A stretch of 64,000 bases of DNA from Acidobacteriota bacterium. GTDB taxonomy: Bacteria; Acidobacteriota; Vicinamibacteria; Vicinamibacterales; 2-12-FULL-66-21. The notes below the pieces were generated by a model, which saw nothing but the letters and a program-made list of their open reading frames with translations, was not told the origin of the DNA and did no database searches. The translations under genes and the position numbers were made by a program. Positions 16,905 through 26,121 of this stretch are shown here, one piece after another. Position 1 is the stretch's first letter. Each line of letters starts with the position of its first letter. The stretch is taken from the NCBI GenBank assembly GCA_031361295.1, contig JANMCN010000229.1:5717-69716 (forward strand), written 5' to 3'.

Positions 16905-18731
16905 CTATCGCCCCGCGTCGCGCGCGGCCGCGAGCTGCTGATTGCGCTCCACGCACTCGGCGACTCCCGGTGTCGCCGGTGCGAGGAGCCGGGCCTCGCC
17001 GCACATCCGCGCCGCCGAGTGGTAATCCTTGAATGTGTGCTCGAAGAGACTGGCGAGCTGGAGCCTGGCGAGCACGTTCCCGCTGTCGTGCGCCAGGGCC
17101 TGGCTGTAGTAGCGCCTCGCCGCTTCGGCATCGCCGGCGACCAGCGCGAGCGCGCCCAGATTGGTGTAGCCCCGCGCGAAATCGGGATCGATCTCGAGCG
17201 CGCGACGGAACGACCGGTCGGCTTCGTCCAGGTGGCCGGTCTGCGCCAGACAGATCCCGAGATTCGTGTGAGCGTCGCGATGGGCGGGCCGCAACTCGAC
17301 GACGGTCCTGTAGGCGGCCACCGCGTGCGCGCAGTCGCCGGCCTCGCGCAGCGCATCCCCGAGCGCGTAGGACGGCTCCCACATGCCGGCCGCATGCACG
17401 GTTGCCTCGGTCCAGAGCGACACGGGGCTGCTCCACACGCGGTTCCGGCTGACCGTCAGCGCCCCCAGCGTCACGAGCAAAGCGCCGGCGGCGGCCGCGA
17501 GACCGACGCGCACACGGGGCGACGGCCAGGCCCCTGCAAGCCATCCCGCCACCTGGCCGGCCGCGATCAGAAACAACCCGGCACTCGCGAGATACACCCG
17601 GTGCTCCGCCATGCCCTCCCGCAGCGGGATGAAGCTGGACGAGGGCGCGAGCACGGCCAGAAACCAGATCGTGCCGAAGGTCAGCAGCGGGCGCGAGCGA
17701 CGCAGCCGCACGGCCACCGCCAGGGCCAGCGCGAGGCCGCCAAGCGCGACGAGAGCCAAAGGATCCGCGGATGCGGTGACGCGGTGGACGGAATGCATGA
17801 TCGACTGCCCGCGCGGCCACACCAGCAGCCCGATGTACCGCCAGATGACGATGCTTTGCGTGAGAACATTCAGCGCGGACGTCTCGAGCGCGCGGCCCTC
17901 CGACAAGAACCCGAAGGCGAAGAGCCGGTAGATCGCGGCCGAAAGCAGCAGGACGGACAGCGGCACGAAGATCAGCAGCAGCCTGCGGCGCCGCGATGTG
18001 TCAGGGGTCAATCCAGGCGAAGCCTGGACGACGGTCGGATAGCCCGCCGGTGCAGCGGGCGCTGGCCGCTCCCCAAGCAGCCACGCGTAGGCGAGAACGA
18101 TCACCGGCAGCACGAGCGCGACCTCCTTCGAGGCCAGTGCCACGAGACCGCTGGCCGCGGCGACCGCGCCGGTCGCGACGCGGCCCGACCGCATGGCGCG
18201 ACGTGCAGCCAGGAGCGACGCCATGAACCACACGGCGCAGAGCAGTTCTGATCGTCCCGAGACATATCCGACGGCCTCGCTCTGGAGCGGATGGACCGCG
18301 AACAGCGCGGCCCCCAGCAGCGCGGCCGCTGCCCTCCCGCGTCGCAGACCGGCGTCCCCCAGCAGTCGCAGCAGCAGCAGGCAGAAAAGCGTGGTGGCGA
18401 CCGCGTGCAGCGCCACATTGGTGAGGTGGAACCCGAAAGGCCCACTCCCCCAGACGAAGCGATCGAGCGCATAGGTGATGTTGACCGCCGGACGGAACGG
18501 GCTGTAAACGAAGAGGAACCTGACGTTCGAGAGGTCGGTCAAGGAAGGGTTGGACAGGACCGTGTCGTGATCGTCGTAGACGAACGGATTGTGGAGCGCG
18601 TTGGCATAGACGACCGCGGCGAGCAGCCCGGCGAGCAGGGACCCACCCCAGCGGGACGCCGCCGTCCGGGAGGGCGCCGCGGCTGGCGATCGTTTCAGCG
18701 GTGCGCGGCGCATCGGCGGCTGCTGCGGCAC
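16905..18731 (-). CDS. TMTC/PMT-like GT-C membrane glycosyltransferase fused to C-terminal TPR repeats
   Basis: The N-terminus YANALHNPFVYDDHDTVLSNPSL sits in the first loop, where the DD/DE motif is expected. About 10 hydrophobic segments follow. The C-terminal TPRs read (ALGDALREAGDCAHAVAAYRTVVELRPAHRDAHTNLGICLAQTGHLDEADRSFRRALEIDPDFARGYTNLG...). Confidence 0.7.
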   Translation of the reverse strand: MPQQPPMRRAPLKRSPAAAPSRTAASRWGGSLLAGLLAAVVYANALHNPFVYDDHDTVLSNPSLTDLSNVRFLFVYSPFRPAVNITYALDRFVWGSGPFGFHLTNVALHAVATTLFCLLLLRLLGDAGLRRGRAAAALLGAALFAVHPLQSEAVGYVSGRSELLCAVWFMASLLAARRAMRSGRVATGAVAAASGLVALASKEVALVLPVIVLAYAWLLGERPAPAAPAGYPTVVQASPGLTPDTSRRRRLLLIFVPLSVLLLSAAIYRLFAFGFLSEGRALETSALNVLTQSIVIWRYIGLLVWPRGQSIMHSVHRVTASADPLALVALGGLALALAVAVRLRRSRPLLTFGTIWFLAVLAPSSSFIPLREGMAEHRVYLASAGLFLIAAGQVAGWLAGAWPSPRVRVGLAAAAGALLVTLGALTVSRNRVWSSPVSLWTEATVHAAGMWEPSYALGDALREAGDCAHAVAAYRTVVELRPAHRDAHTNLGICLAQTGHLDEADRSFRRALEIDPDFARGYTNLGALALVAGDAEAARRYYSQALAHDSGNVLARLQLASLFEHTFKDYHSAARMCGEARLLAPATPGVAECVERNQQLAAARDAGR

Positions 18732-18735
18732 TCCG

Positions 18736-19305
18736 TCAGCGGAGCCAGCCGGGAGGCACGCCGGCGTGGCGCGCCTCTTCGTCGATTGCGACGATCTCCT
18801 TCTTGGCTTGATCGATCTCGGCGGTCACGCGCGCGAGTTCGGCAATGGCCTTCTGCCGGTCCTCCGCCGCCTTGGCACGCTGGTACGGGTCGTCGCGATT
18901 CACCGCATCAGTCGACAGCGCATTGATGCGGCTCTGCAAGGCTTCGGCGAAGGCCTCGCCCCGACGCTGAGCCTCGCGAGCCTGGGTGACCCGTTCACGC
19001 CACCACGCTTCATCCTTCTCGTCTTTCGCGGGCGGGACCTCCGCCTTGGCGGTCGAGGTCGCCGGGGGCGGCGCCCCGGTGCCGGCCGCTGGCGCCGGCT
19101 CTGCGGGCTTCGGCAGGTCCTTGTTCGAATAGACCTTGCCGGCCGCCTTCACGGTCTTGCGCCGCTCCTGCTCCTTTTTCGCGAGCTCCCCGAGCGGCGC
19201 CGACTGTGCCCTGAGCGGCAGCGTCGCCGAGGCGAGCAGGACCGCCACGGCGGCACCGGCAATCATCAGCCGAATCGGCGGGAGGTTCATGGGGTGGCTC
19301 ATCAC
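18736..19305 (-). CDS. secreted Lys/Glu/Ala-rich coiled-coil protein, function unknown
   Basis: It has a signal-peptide-like start (LMIAGAAVAVLLASATLPLRAQS), a Pro/Ala linker and then a charged helical region. It is in the same orientation as its neighbours and tightly spaced with them. Confidence 0.55.
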   Translation of the reverse strand: MMSHPMNLPPIRLMIAGAAVAVLLASATLPLRAQSAPLGELAKKEQERRKTVKAAGKVYSNKDLPKPAEPAPAAGTGAPPPATSTAKAEVPPAKDEKDEAWWRERVTQAREAQRRGEAFAEALQSRINALSTDAVNRDDPYQRAKAAEDRQKAIAELARVTAEIDQAKKEIVAIDEEARHAGVPPGWLR

Positions 19306-19363
19306 ACGTCCGGGTTGATGACGTTCAGTTTAGCAGACCGCGCGACAAGGGCACAGCCGCGGC

Positions 19364-20302
19364 TCAGTGGTCCTGCGCCTGCCCGGCCGCGGGTTGCTCG
19401 GCGGTCCGGGCGAGTGTTTCCGCCGGACGGCCCGACTGCAGCTGCGCGATCCGTGCACGGACCTTATCGGCATCCGGAGCCGAGGGGGACAGTCGGAGAT
19501 ACTCCTCGTACGCCGCGGCCGCTTCCGGGGCTTTCCTCAGGCGCTCGTAACTGATGCCCAGCGCCTTCCGGAACGACGCGTCCTCCGGCTGCAGGGCAAT
19601 CGCCTTCTGGTACTGCTCGATGGCCGAGGCATCGTCACCTTTGCGGTGGAGCGTCATCGCCAGGTTGAACGTCGTCGCGTAGTCATCGGGAAACAGCGCC
19701 TGCGCACGCCGGTAGCCGGCGACCGCCTCGTCCATGCGCCCGAGCAGGCCAAAGGCGCGGGCGAGGTTGAACTGATACGCCCAACGCCCGGGAAGGATCG
19801 CCACGGCGCGTTCGAAGTACGGGATGGACTCGGCCGGGCGGTTCAACCTGATCAGCACCTGGCCGAGGTTGCTCAAGGACTCGGCATCATCAGGATTCTT
19901 CTCGACCGCGGCGAGGTAGCGGGCGAGCGCCGCATTGTAATCGCCCGCGTCGTACGCGATCGCGCCGGCTCCGGCGGGCTCGAGAAAAGGGCGCTCTTCA
20001 GAAGCCGGTGCACTGGCGACCTGGGGGGGCGCCATCGGCTCCGCGTTGTGCCGGCCGGACAACGGATCGGCAACGGGTCCGGCAGCCCTCGGCGCCGGCT
20101 CCGCATCCCGCATCAGCCACAGCGCCACCAGCACGAGCCCGAAGGCGCCGACCACCACCGCAGCGGCCCGCGCGAGTTTGCGGCTCGATGCGGCCGTCGC
20201 GGCGGGATCCGGCGCGGTCAGGTAGGCGCGGCACCGCGGGCACCGCGCTCGATCCCGCCGAACCTTGGCGCCGCACTGCTGACACAGAACCGCTGCGGAC
20301 AC
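19364..20302 (-). CDS. zinc-ribbon / single-TM / TPR protein, function unknown
   Basis: The GTG at 20302 shares 1 nt with the pilY1 stop (TAGTG). It reads VSAAVLCQQCGAKVRRDRARCPRCRAYL (CxxC..CxxC), then the TM AAAVVVGAFGLVLVALWLM, then about 5 TPRs. The track start at 20578 overlaps pilY1. Confidence 0.65.
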   Translation of the reverse strand: MSAAVLCQQCGAKVRRDRARCPRCRAYLTAPDPAATAASSRKLARAAAVVVGAFGLVLVALWLMRDAEPAPRAAGPVADPLSGRHNAEPMAPPQVASAPASEERPFLEPAGAGAIAYDAGDYNAALARYLAAVEKNPDDAESLSNLGQVLIRLNRPAESIPYFERAVAILPGRWAYQFNLARAFGLLGRMDEAVAGYRRAQALFPDDYATTFNLAMTLHRKGDDASAIEQYQKAIALQPEDASFRKALGISYERLRKAPEAAAAYEEYLRLSPSAPDADKVRARIAQLQSGRPAETLARTAEQPAAGQAQDH

Positions 20303-23300
20303 TACCGAATCTCCCGCCACGACAGAATCCGGACGCCGACCTGTCCGACGCCGTTGTTGAAGTCCGCCGGATCGCCGAGCGCTTCCACCTTGGCGCCGGT
20401 CGCCCCCGCAGTGCCGAAATACAGATGCTGATCGACAATGAACGGCGCCGTGGCGCGGCCGGCCATCGTTTTGGCGATCGGCGTTTCGTTGTTGTCGATC
20501 CGGCCGTTGCCATCCGCGTCGTACGCCGCGCCGCCCGCATACGTCAGGCCATACAGGTTGGCGCTGAAGTCCGCGCACGGCGTCGTCGCGTTTTCTGTCG
20601 TCGTCGTGTAGAAGACGATGTCGCCCGCCACGGATGGTGCGGTTGACGGGCGCTCACCCGTCGCGAGACCGCTTGTGTTGCTCACCGTGGCAAGGTCGAC
20701 GGCAAATTTCGTCGTTGCCGAGGTCCCCGTGTCCTTGAGGCCGTAAAGCCTGAACGTACCCGCTCCACCGGTCGTCGTCGTCGGCAGGATGTCGCTGCCG
20801 GTCGCGAAGAACATGTAGACGTCCACGCTCCCGACGAAGAGCAGTGCCGACGAGGCGTAAATGGGCACGCCGGTATCGACCATCAGGTTCACGGAGATCG
20901 TGCCGGTCGGCGTGAAGTTGAACCGCCAGTACCGGCCGTCGAGATCGCCGAGATACGCCTTCGAGACGGCAACCGCTCCACTGACCCCCGCGGCCGTCGG
21001 GTCCGCCTGCAGGGCATTCTTCCGCCCGTTCCCTGCCACATCGTTGACCATCACGCATCCGGAACCGGAGCCCGACCCGCTGGCGATCGTGGGGCACGTG
21101 GTCCCGGCCGTGTCGCCGACGAGCAGCCCCGAGTCGACGTCCAGGAGGTACAGCGCACTGCCGGCTTTCGGCGCGCTGGCGCCGCGGTTCGGCAGGAGCG
21201 TCTCGATGTCCGGGAAGTACCCCGATCCCATAATCACCACCGTCGAGTCCCGGGCCGCGTCCAGGGGGCCGACAGCCGGGTCGGACCAGGTAAATCCGAC
21301 GGTCTTCTCCGCCAATGGCGCATCACTCTTGAGGTCTCCGTACATCCGCAGCTTGCCGCCCGCTGAGCCGTCCGCCAGCGTGAACGTATTGAAGTACGTC
21401 GTGTCGAAGTGGTTGTAGTTGGGGAAGGCCCACTTGAACACAATCGACTCGCCGGGCGTATCGTACTTCGCCAGCATCGACGAAACGGCGCCCAGATCGT
21501 CGAGCGTCGGATCCACTCCCATGCCGGCCTCGGTGACGTCGAACTCCTGGTAGAACAGCCCCCCGGGCCCCTGTCCGAACAGCAACAGGCTGTGCCAGAC
21601 GCCGCCCACTTTGACCTCGGCGACTTTCGGCGAACTGTCCACGAAGTAGTCGAACACGTCCACGGCCTGGCCGTCGCTCAACGTCTTCAGCTTCGGCAGC
21701 AGGTTGTACGGGATGAAGGCCCACACTTCGTACCCCGTGCGCGCATCGATGGCGTGCATCATCCCGTCGTTCGCGCCAACGAAGATGATGCTGCGCCGAT
21801 CCTTGTGGATGCCGGCAAACGTCGTCGGCGCATCCGTGCGCCCGTACTGTTCGTCCGGAGGCGGATCGAGCGACGGGGCGTCCATGATGGCCGGTGTGGA
21901 GCCGATGATGGCGCCGATGTTCTGCGCCCGTACCGCGGCAATCAGGCTGAGCGTCGTGCTGCTCGTCCCCATCGCGATCCCGAGGGCCGTCGCGTTCGCC
22001 GCCGTGAAGGCGACCAACGATCCGCCACCGGTGCCGTCCGGAATGTACGTGTAGATGTTGCGGGTATTCGGATCGAGCGGGATCCGCGCCTTGCCGGCAA
22101 GCGCGGGCCGACCGTCGAGGTCCGGCCAGAGCCGGGTGCCGTCGTTGACGAACTTCCATCCCGTGGGCTTCGTCGCATCGGCGACGGGCTTGTAGGTTCT
22201 GAACGCGCGGAGCGCGCCGTCGAACCCGGGGAGAACGAACCCGCCGGTCAGCAGCATGTTGCTCCGCTGGGGCAGATGAAGCCCGCCGGGGTTCGAATTG
22301 ATGTCCGTGTTCGGCAGGGCCGCGCCCGCGGCGTCGCGCGCGTTCTTCAGGTTCACGGTTCCGACGATGGGACTGACGGGCAGAAATTCGCTTGCCGTCC
22401 CGGCGTCGAACTCGACCGATCGCGAGAACCCGAGCTGCACGGCGTAATCCACCGCCGCGGTCACGTCGGACGCGGTCGTCGCGCCGCGGTACACACCGCC
22501 GCTGTTGGTCGCGATCGTCTGGAGCGACGCGACGTCCGCGGCGTTTGGTTTGACGCCTACGACCACGATGGGCACGCGATGGGTGACGCCGCCGCCAGTG
22601 ACGGACAGAAAGGACGTCGCGGTCGTCGCGGTGTTGTTCGCCGCAGTGTAGGCGGCATCGCCGCTATCCTTCCCTCCCGTGATCAGCACGACCACCGTGT
22701 TGCGGCAGGTCCGGTTCGCCGCGGTGTCGGCCGCCATGGCCGCGATGGCCGCCGCTTTGGCATCGACGAGCGCGTAGTTGAGGGGCCGGTCCTCGTAGCC
22801 CACTCCGCCGATGCCGGCGGGAATCAGCGCAGTCGAATCGTTCGGGCCGCGTCCCAGGATCGAGACGATGGACGCCGAGGTGTTCGCCGCGGGAGTCACG
22901 ACCGTGGTGCCGGCCGGCGCCGCCGCTTGCGCGTAGTTGGACGCTGCGACGCTGGGCGCGTAAACGGCGTAATTGCCCAGCACCGCGCTGGCACTGCACG
23001 GCGTCGTATCCTTGTAGAGGACCTGGACGGCGTCGCTCACGAGCACCGGTTTGTCGCAGTTCGCGCCCGTCCGCCAGGCCGGAGTGTTCTGGCGAAGCTT
23101 GACGAGTCCCCAGCGGAAACTGCTGCTCCCGTTCTCGGTGACCGCGGCGGACAGGCCGCTCTTGGCGATGTTGTAGCGGGTTGCATCGAGGAACGCCACA
23201 TCGGCTGCGTTGTTCGAGGTCAGCGCGTTGGCCGGATCCCAGACCGCCGCCGTCGCGGTGATGCTGTTCGCCGTGTACTTCCCTGGCGACGCGGCATTCT

Positions 23301-23661
23301 GAAAGTTGTTGTACACGCGGCGGTACGTCTTCGTCGTCGCCGTATTGATCGACGGGAATGACGCCATCACGGCCGCGTCGTCCGAGACCTTGTAGAAATT
23401 GGGATCGTAGAGGTTGCCGTTGCCGTCGGTCAGCATCCGGAGCGACGTATCCATCACGACGATGATCGTCGGTGGGACGCGCTTGATGAAGAGCAGCGGA
23501 TCGAGCTGAGCGGATGCGGTGGACGACCACCAGAGGGTGACCATCACGGCAAGCAGGACCGTGGCCCCGCTTCGCCGTCCGAACGTGCGCCCACGCCTCG
23601 GGGCTTTGCGCCGCCGAGTGTCTGCCGGCCGGTTCGATCTGAACATTGTGTGGTCCATCAC
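20302..23661 (-). CDS. pilY1: PilY1/PilC-type pilus tip protein (vWA-like N-terminal region plus C-terminal beta-propeller)
   Basis: This 1119-aa protein has a signal-like N-terminus. IIVVMDTSLRM and VVVLITGGKD are vWA-like. The hallmark propeller motif is IFVGANDGMMHAIDARTGYEVWAFIPYNLLPKL. It follows fimT-pilV-pilW-pilX. Confidence 0.8.
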   Translation of the reverse strand: MMDHTMFRSNRPADTRRRKAPRRGRTFGRRSGATVLLAVMVTLWWSSTASAQLDPLLFIKRVPPTIIVVMDTSLRMLTDGNGNLYDPNFYKVSDDAAVMASFPSINTATTKTYRRVYNNFQNAASPGKYTANSITATAAVWDPANALTSNNAADVAFLDATRYNIAKSGLSAAVTENGSSSFRWGLVKLRQNTPAWRTGANCDKPVLVSDAVQVLYKDTTPCSASAVLGNYAVYAPSVAASNYAQAAAPAGTTVVTPAANTSASIVSILGRGPNDSTALIPAGIGGVGYEDRPLNYALVDAKAAAIAAMAADTAANRTCRNTVVVLITGGKDSGDAAYTAANNTATTATSFLSVTGGGVTHRVPIVVVGVKPNAADVASLQTIATNSGGVYRGATTASDVTAAVDYAVQLGFSRSVEFDAGTASEFLPVSPIVGTVNLKNARDAAGAALPNTDINSNPGGLHLPQRSNMLLTGGFVLPGFDGALRAFRTYKPVADATKPTGWKFVNDGTRLWPDLDGRPALAGKARIPLDPNTRNIYTYIPDGTGGGSLVAFTAANATALGIAMGTSSTTLSLIAAVRAQNIGAIIGSTPAIMDAPSLDPPPDEQYGRTDAPTTFAGIHKDRRSIIFVGANDGMMHAIDARTGYEVWAFIPYNLLPKLKTLSDGQAVDVFDYFVDSSPKVAEVKVGGVWHSLLLFGQGPGGLFYQEFDVTEAGMGVDPTLDDLGAVSSMLAKYDTPGESIVFKWAFPNYNHFDTTYFNTFTLADGSAGGKLRMYGDLKSDAPLAEKTVGFTWSDPAVGPLDAARDSTVVIMGSGYFPDIETLLPNRGASAPKAGSALYLLDVDSGLLVGDTAGTTCPTIASGSGSGSGCVMVNDVAGNGRKNALQADPTAAGVSGAVAVSKAYLGDLDGRYWRFNFTPTGTISVNLMVDTGVPIYASSALLFVGSVDVYMFFATGSDILPTTTTGGAGTFRLYGLKDTGTSATTKFAVDLATVSNTSGLATGERPSTAPSVAGDIVFYTTTTENATTPCADFSANLYGLTYAGGAAYDADGNGRIDNNETPIAKTMAGRATAPFIVDQHLYFGTAGATGAKVEALGDPADFNNGVGQVGVRILSWREIR

Positions 23662-24437
23662 TGCACGACCAGATTCCCCGTGGAAAGCCCCATGCGCATG
23701 TTGCTCAGCGTCTTGCCGGGCGTCTGCACGGCCGCTTTCCGGGCGCGTTGATTCAGTTCTTCCTGACCGCGCTGGGCGATCTGCCCGCGTTCGATTTCGG
23801 TGCTCGATGTCCGGGCGACGGTGACCTCGATGACTTTCCGCGTCCCGCCGGGGCCGATGGCCTCGGCGTGCAGCGTCAACGTGCCGTTCACGTCGGAGAG
23901 CGGGTCGCCGTCCACCACGCCGCCAGTGCCGTCCGCAGGGTCGTCCGCCACCCAGACCGCCACGTACATCGAACTGTCAATCTGGTTGTTCGGCAGCATG
24001 GTGTCGAGGGGACCCCAGGCGAACAGCTTCCACTGTGGATTGTTCGGGCCCCACAGGTTCAAGGTGTCGGTGTCGGCCTGCAGCTGGCCGGTCGCGGTGT
24101 TCGCGCCGCAGCAGAGCGTCATCGTGCGGCCGGCCGGGAGCGTCACGGTCGCCGTCATCGATCCGGTCGCGAAGTCGGACTGGGTCGTGCCGTTCAGGAT
24201 GTCGTTCCAGCGCGGGATCAGGAGGAGGTCCTGGACGACGCGTTCCACCGCGGCGTCGGCGGCATAGAGCGCTTCCTGGCTGTCGCGGTAATTGCCCGAA
24301 ATGCGGGTTTCGGTGGTGCTCACCATGACCACGGCCGCACCGAGGGCGGTCAGGAGCATCATCGCCATCAGCGCGATGATGAGCGCCGACCCGTCCTGGT
24401 TCGAAAGCCGCGTCCGGAGCCGCTGGATGGTCTGCAT
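23658..24437 (-). CDS. PilX-like minor pilin (module 1)
   Basis: It has the PilX_N-type start GSALIIALMAMMLLTALGAAVVMVSTTETRISGNYRDSQEALYAADAAVE and sits between the pilW-like gene and pilY1. Confidence 0.7.
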   Translation of the reverse strand: MQTIQRLRTRLSNQDGSALIIALMAMMLLTALGAAVVMVSTTETRISGNYRDSQEALYAADAAVERVVQDLLLIPRWNDILNGTTQSDFATGSMTATVTLPAGRTMTLCCGANTATGQLQADTDTLNLWGPNNPQWKLFAWGPLDTMLPNNQIDSSMYVAVWVADDPADGTGGVVDGDPLSDVNGTLTLHAEAIGPGGTRKVIEVTVARTSSTEIERGQIAQRGQEELNQRARKAAVQTPGKTLSNMRMGLSTGNLVVQ

Positions 24438-25543
24438 TATCGTGTCAGGTTCAAGTTCCGCGGCGACACCTCGAACTGCGTCTGGTAGTCGGGCACGTAG
24501 CGATCACCGCCGACGGCGGTGCCACGGTTGACGAATCGCACGGGGTCGTTGCCTCGCAGGCTCGCCGACGCGGCCTGCATGCGGAGCGTCACCTTCACCT
24601 TGCGGATTCGGAGGAGATCCACGTCGAACTGGTTGTCCCCGGTTCCGCAGTAGGGTCCGTCCGTGAGCATCGCGGCGGTGAGAGCGGCCAGCGAGCCGTC
24701 GGTGGCGGCCAGCGTGGGCCGGGGCACGAAATTCCCTGCCGCGTCATAGAGGCAGTTCGCGACCCCCAGCGGCGGCTTCGGCTGCGTGGGCGACGCGGTG
24801 TCCCCGAAATAGTCGAACCGGAGGGCCACTACGTTGTCGACGAGCGGCGTCTCGTTCGCGTGGCCGTCGTACCTCATCAGCTGGTTCGTCGCCGAATTCA
24901 GGTAAAAGGTGTCGCTGACGACCTGCGTGACCGAGGCGCCGGTGGCGTACGAATAGTTCAGGTCCTGGCCGCGGTGCTGCAGGTGCGCCGCCGCATCCTG
25001 CACTTCCGTGATGGTGAACGTGTCGTAGTTTCCGGACGTGTCGAAGATGATGACGTCCATGCCTGCCGTGAAGCCGCAGAGCGCCTGGGCCGCCGGGCAG
25101 TTCGGCTGGTTCGTGACCTTCAGCTCCGCCGACTGCGACGGCATCGCGTCGCTCAGCGTGGTCTGCGAGTAGCTGTTCGGAATGTAGGTGAGCGTGATCT
25201 TGTCGGTCGTGAAACTGCCGGCGCCTGTGGTCGGATCGGCGGCGAGATCACCGGTGCGGCGCGGCAGGATCGACGCAAAGAAGTTGACGAGCGATCCCGT
25301 GACGGGACCCTGGTAGGGGCCTGCGCCGGCGATGATGAGATCCTTGAACAGCGCGTCGGTCCCGACACGCATCCGCTGCTGGATGTCCACGACTTCCGGC
25401 TGCGCCTGGGCGTTCCCTTGCGCCGGATTCATCAGCGTGAAGATCGCCCCGGTGACGGCGAGCATGATGGCGGTCGAGATCAGCATCTCGACGAGCGAAA
25501 AGCCGGACTCGTCCGTGAGGCGACGCAGGCGATGCGGCCTCAT
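24437..25543 (-). CDS. PilW-like minor pilin (module 1)
   Basis: The ATG at 25543 makes an ATGA overlap with the pilV stop and gives MRPHRLRRLTDESG/FSLVEMLISTAIMLAV (prepilin motif, Glu+5). The track start at 25921 is over-extended. Confidence 0.75.
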   Translation of the reverse strand: MRPHRLRRLTDESGFSLVEMLISTAIMLAVTGAIFTLMNPAQGNAQAQPEVVDIQQRMRVGTDALFKDLIIAGAGPYQGPVTGSLVNFFASILPRRTGDLAADPTTGAGSFTTDKITLTYIPNSYSQTTLSDAMPSQSAELKVTNQPNCPAAQALCGFTAGMDVIIFDTSGNYDTFTITEVQDAAAHLQHRGQDLNYSYATGASVTQVVSDTFYLNSATNQLMRYDGHANETPLVDNVVALRFDYFGDTASPTQPKPPLGVANCLYDAAGNFVPRPTLAATDGSLAALTAAMLTDGPYCGTGDNQFDVDLLRIRKVKVTLRMQAASASLRGNDPVRFVNRGTAVGGDRYVPDYQTQFEVSPRNLNLTR

Positions 25544-26121
25544 GACGCTTTCCTCGTCTTGACCGTGACGAGCAGGGCGTCGGTGAGCATCCGCGTCCGC
25601 GTGAATGCCGTCGTGACGCGCGTCGCCTCGCTGGCCACCGGCGTCACGAGCACCTGCAGCACGAGCGTGTTGTTCGGATTCGTCGGCAGCGGCGTGATCG
25701 ACCAGCGGCGGATATAGACCGCCGTCCCCGTCGGCGTCGTGCCTGTGCCGATCCACGTGCCGTTGGCGTCGAGAAAATCCACGTAGCCGGGCGCGTTCCG
25801 CTCGAGCGAATCGGACGGCGAGGGGTTGAGGCCGCCGCCGGTCGCCGTCGGCGGGAACACTGCAAGGTTCGTCGTGTTGTCGCTCAGCGGAAGCCCCTGC
25901 CCCTGGAGGTCGAATCCCCACGTCAGGCCACGCAGCTGTTCGAGCTTCTGTTCGGCCATCGACGTCGCGGACGTCTGGCCATGCGCCACGAGATTCATGC
26001 GCGTGGACATCGCAAAGATCTGTGCGACGCCGAGCGACACGGTGGTCAGCAATGCCATCGAGATGATCACTTCGATGAGGCTGAAGCCCCGGTTATTGAA
26101 GCAGGATTTTGCCGATGGCAT
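25540..26121 (-). CDS. PilV-like minor pilin (module 1)
   Basis: The prepilin motif is MPSAKSCFNNRG/FSLIEVIISMALL, followed by AEQKLEQLRGLTW. Confidence 0.75.
   Translation of the reverse strand: MPSAKSCFNNRGFSLIEVIISMALLTTVSLGVAQIFAMSTRMNLVAHGQTSATSMAEQKLEQLRGLTWGFDLQGQGLPLSDNTTNLAVFPPTATGGGLNPSPSDSLERNAPGYVDFLDANGTWIGTGTTPTGTAVYIRRWSITPLPTNPNNTLVLQVLVTPVASEATRVTTAFTRTRMLTDALLVTVKTRKAS

Noticed and set aside
3793-18731. The glycan gene block as a horizontally acquired genomic island or mobile element.
   Set aside because: It has no integrase, transposase, tRNA or flanking direct repeats. By eye its base composition and codon style match the surrounding pil and ribosomal genes, and its genes are translationally coupled to neighbours on both sides.
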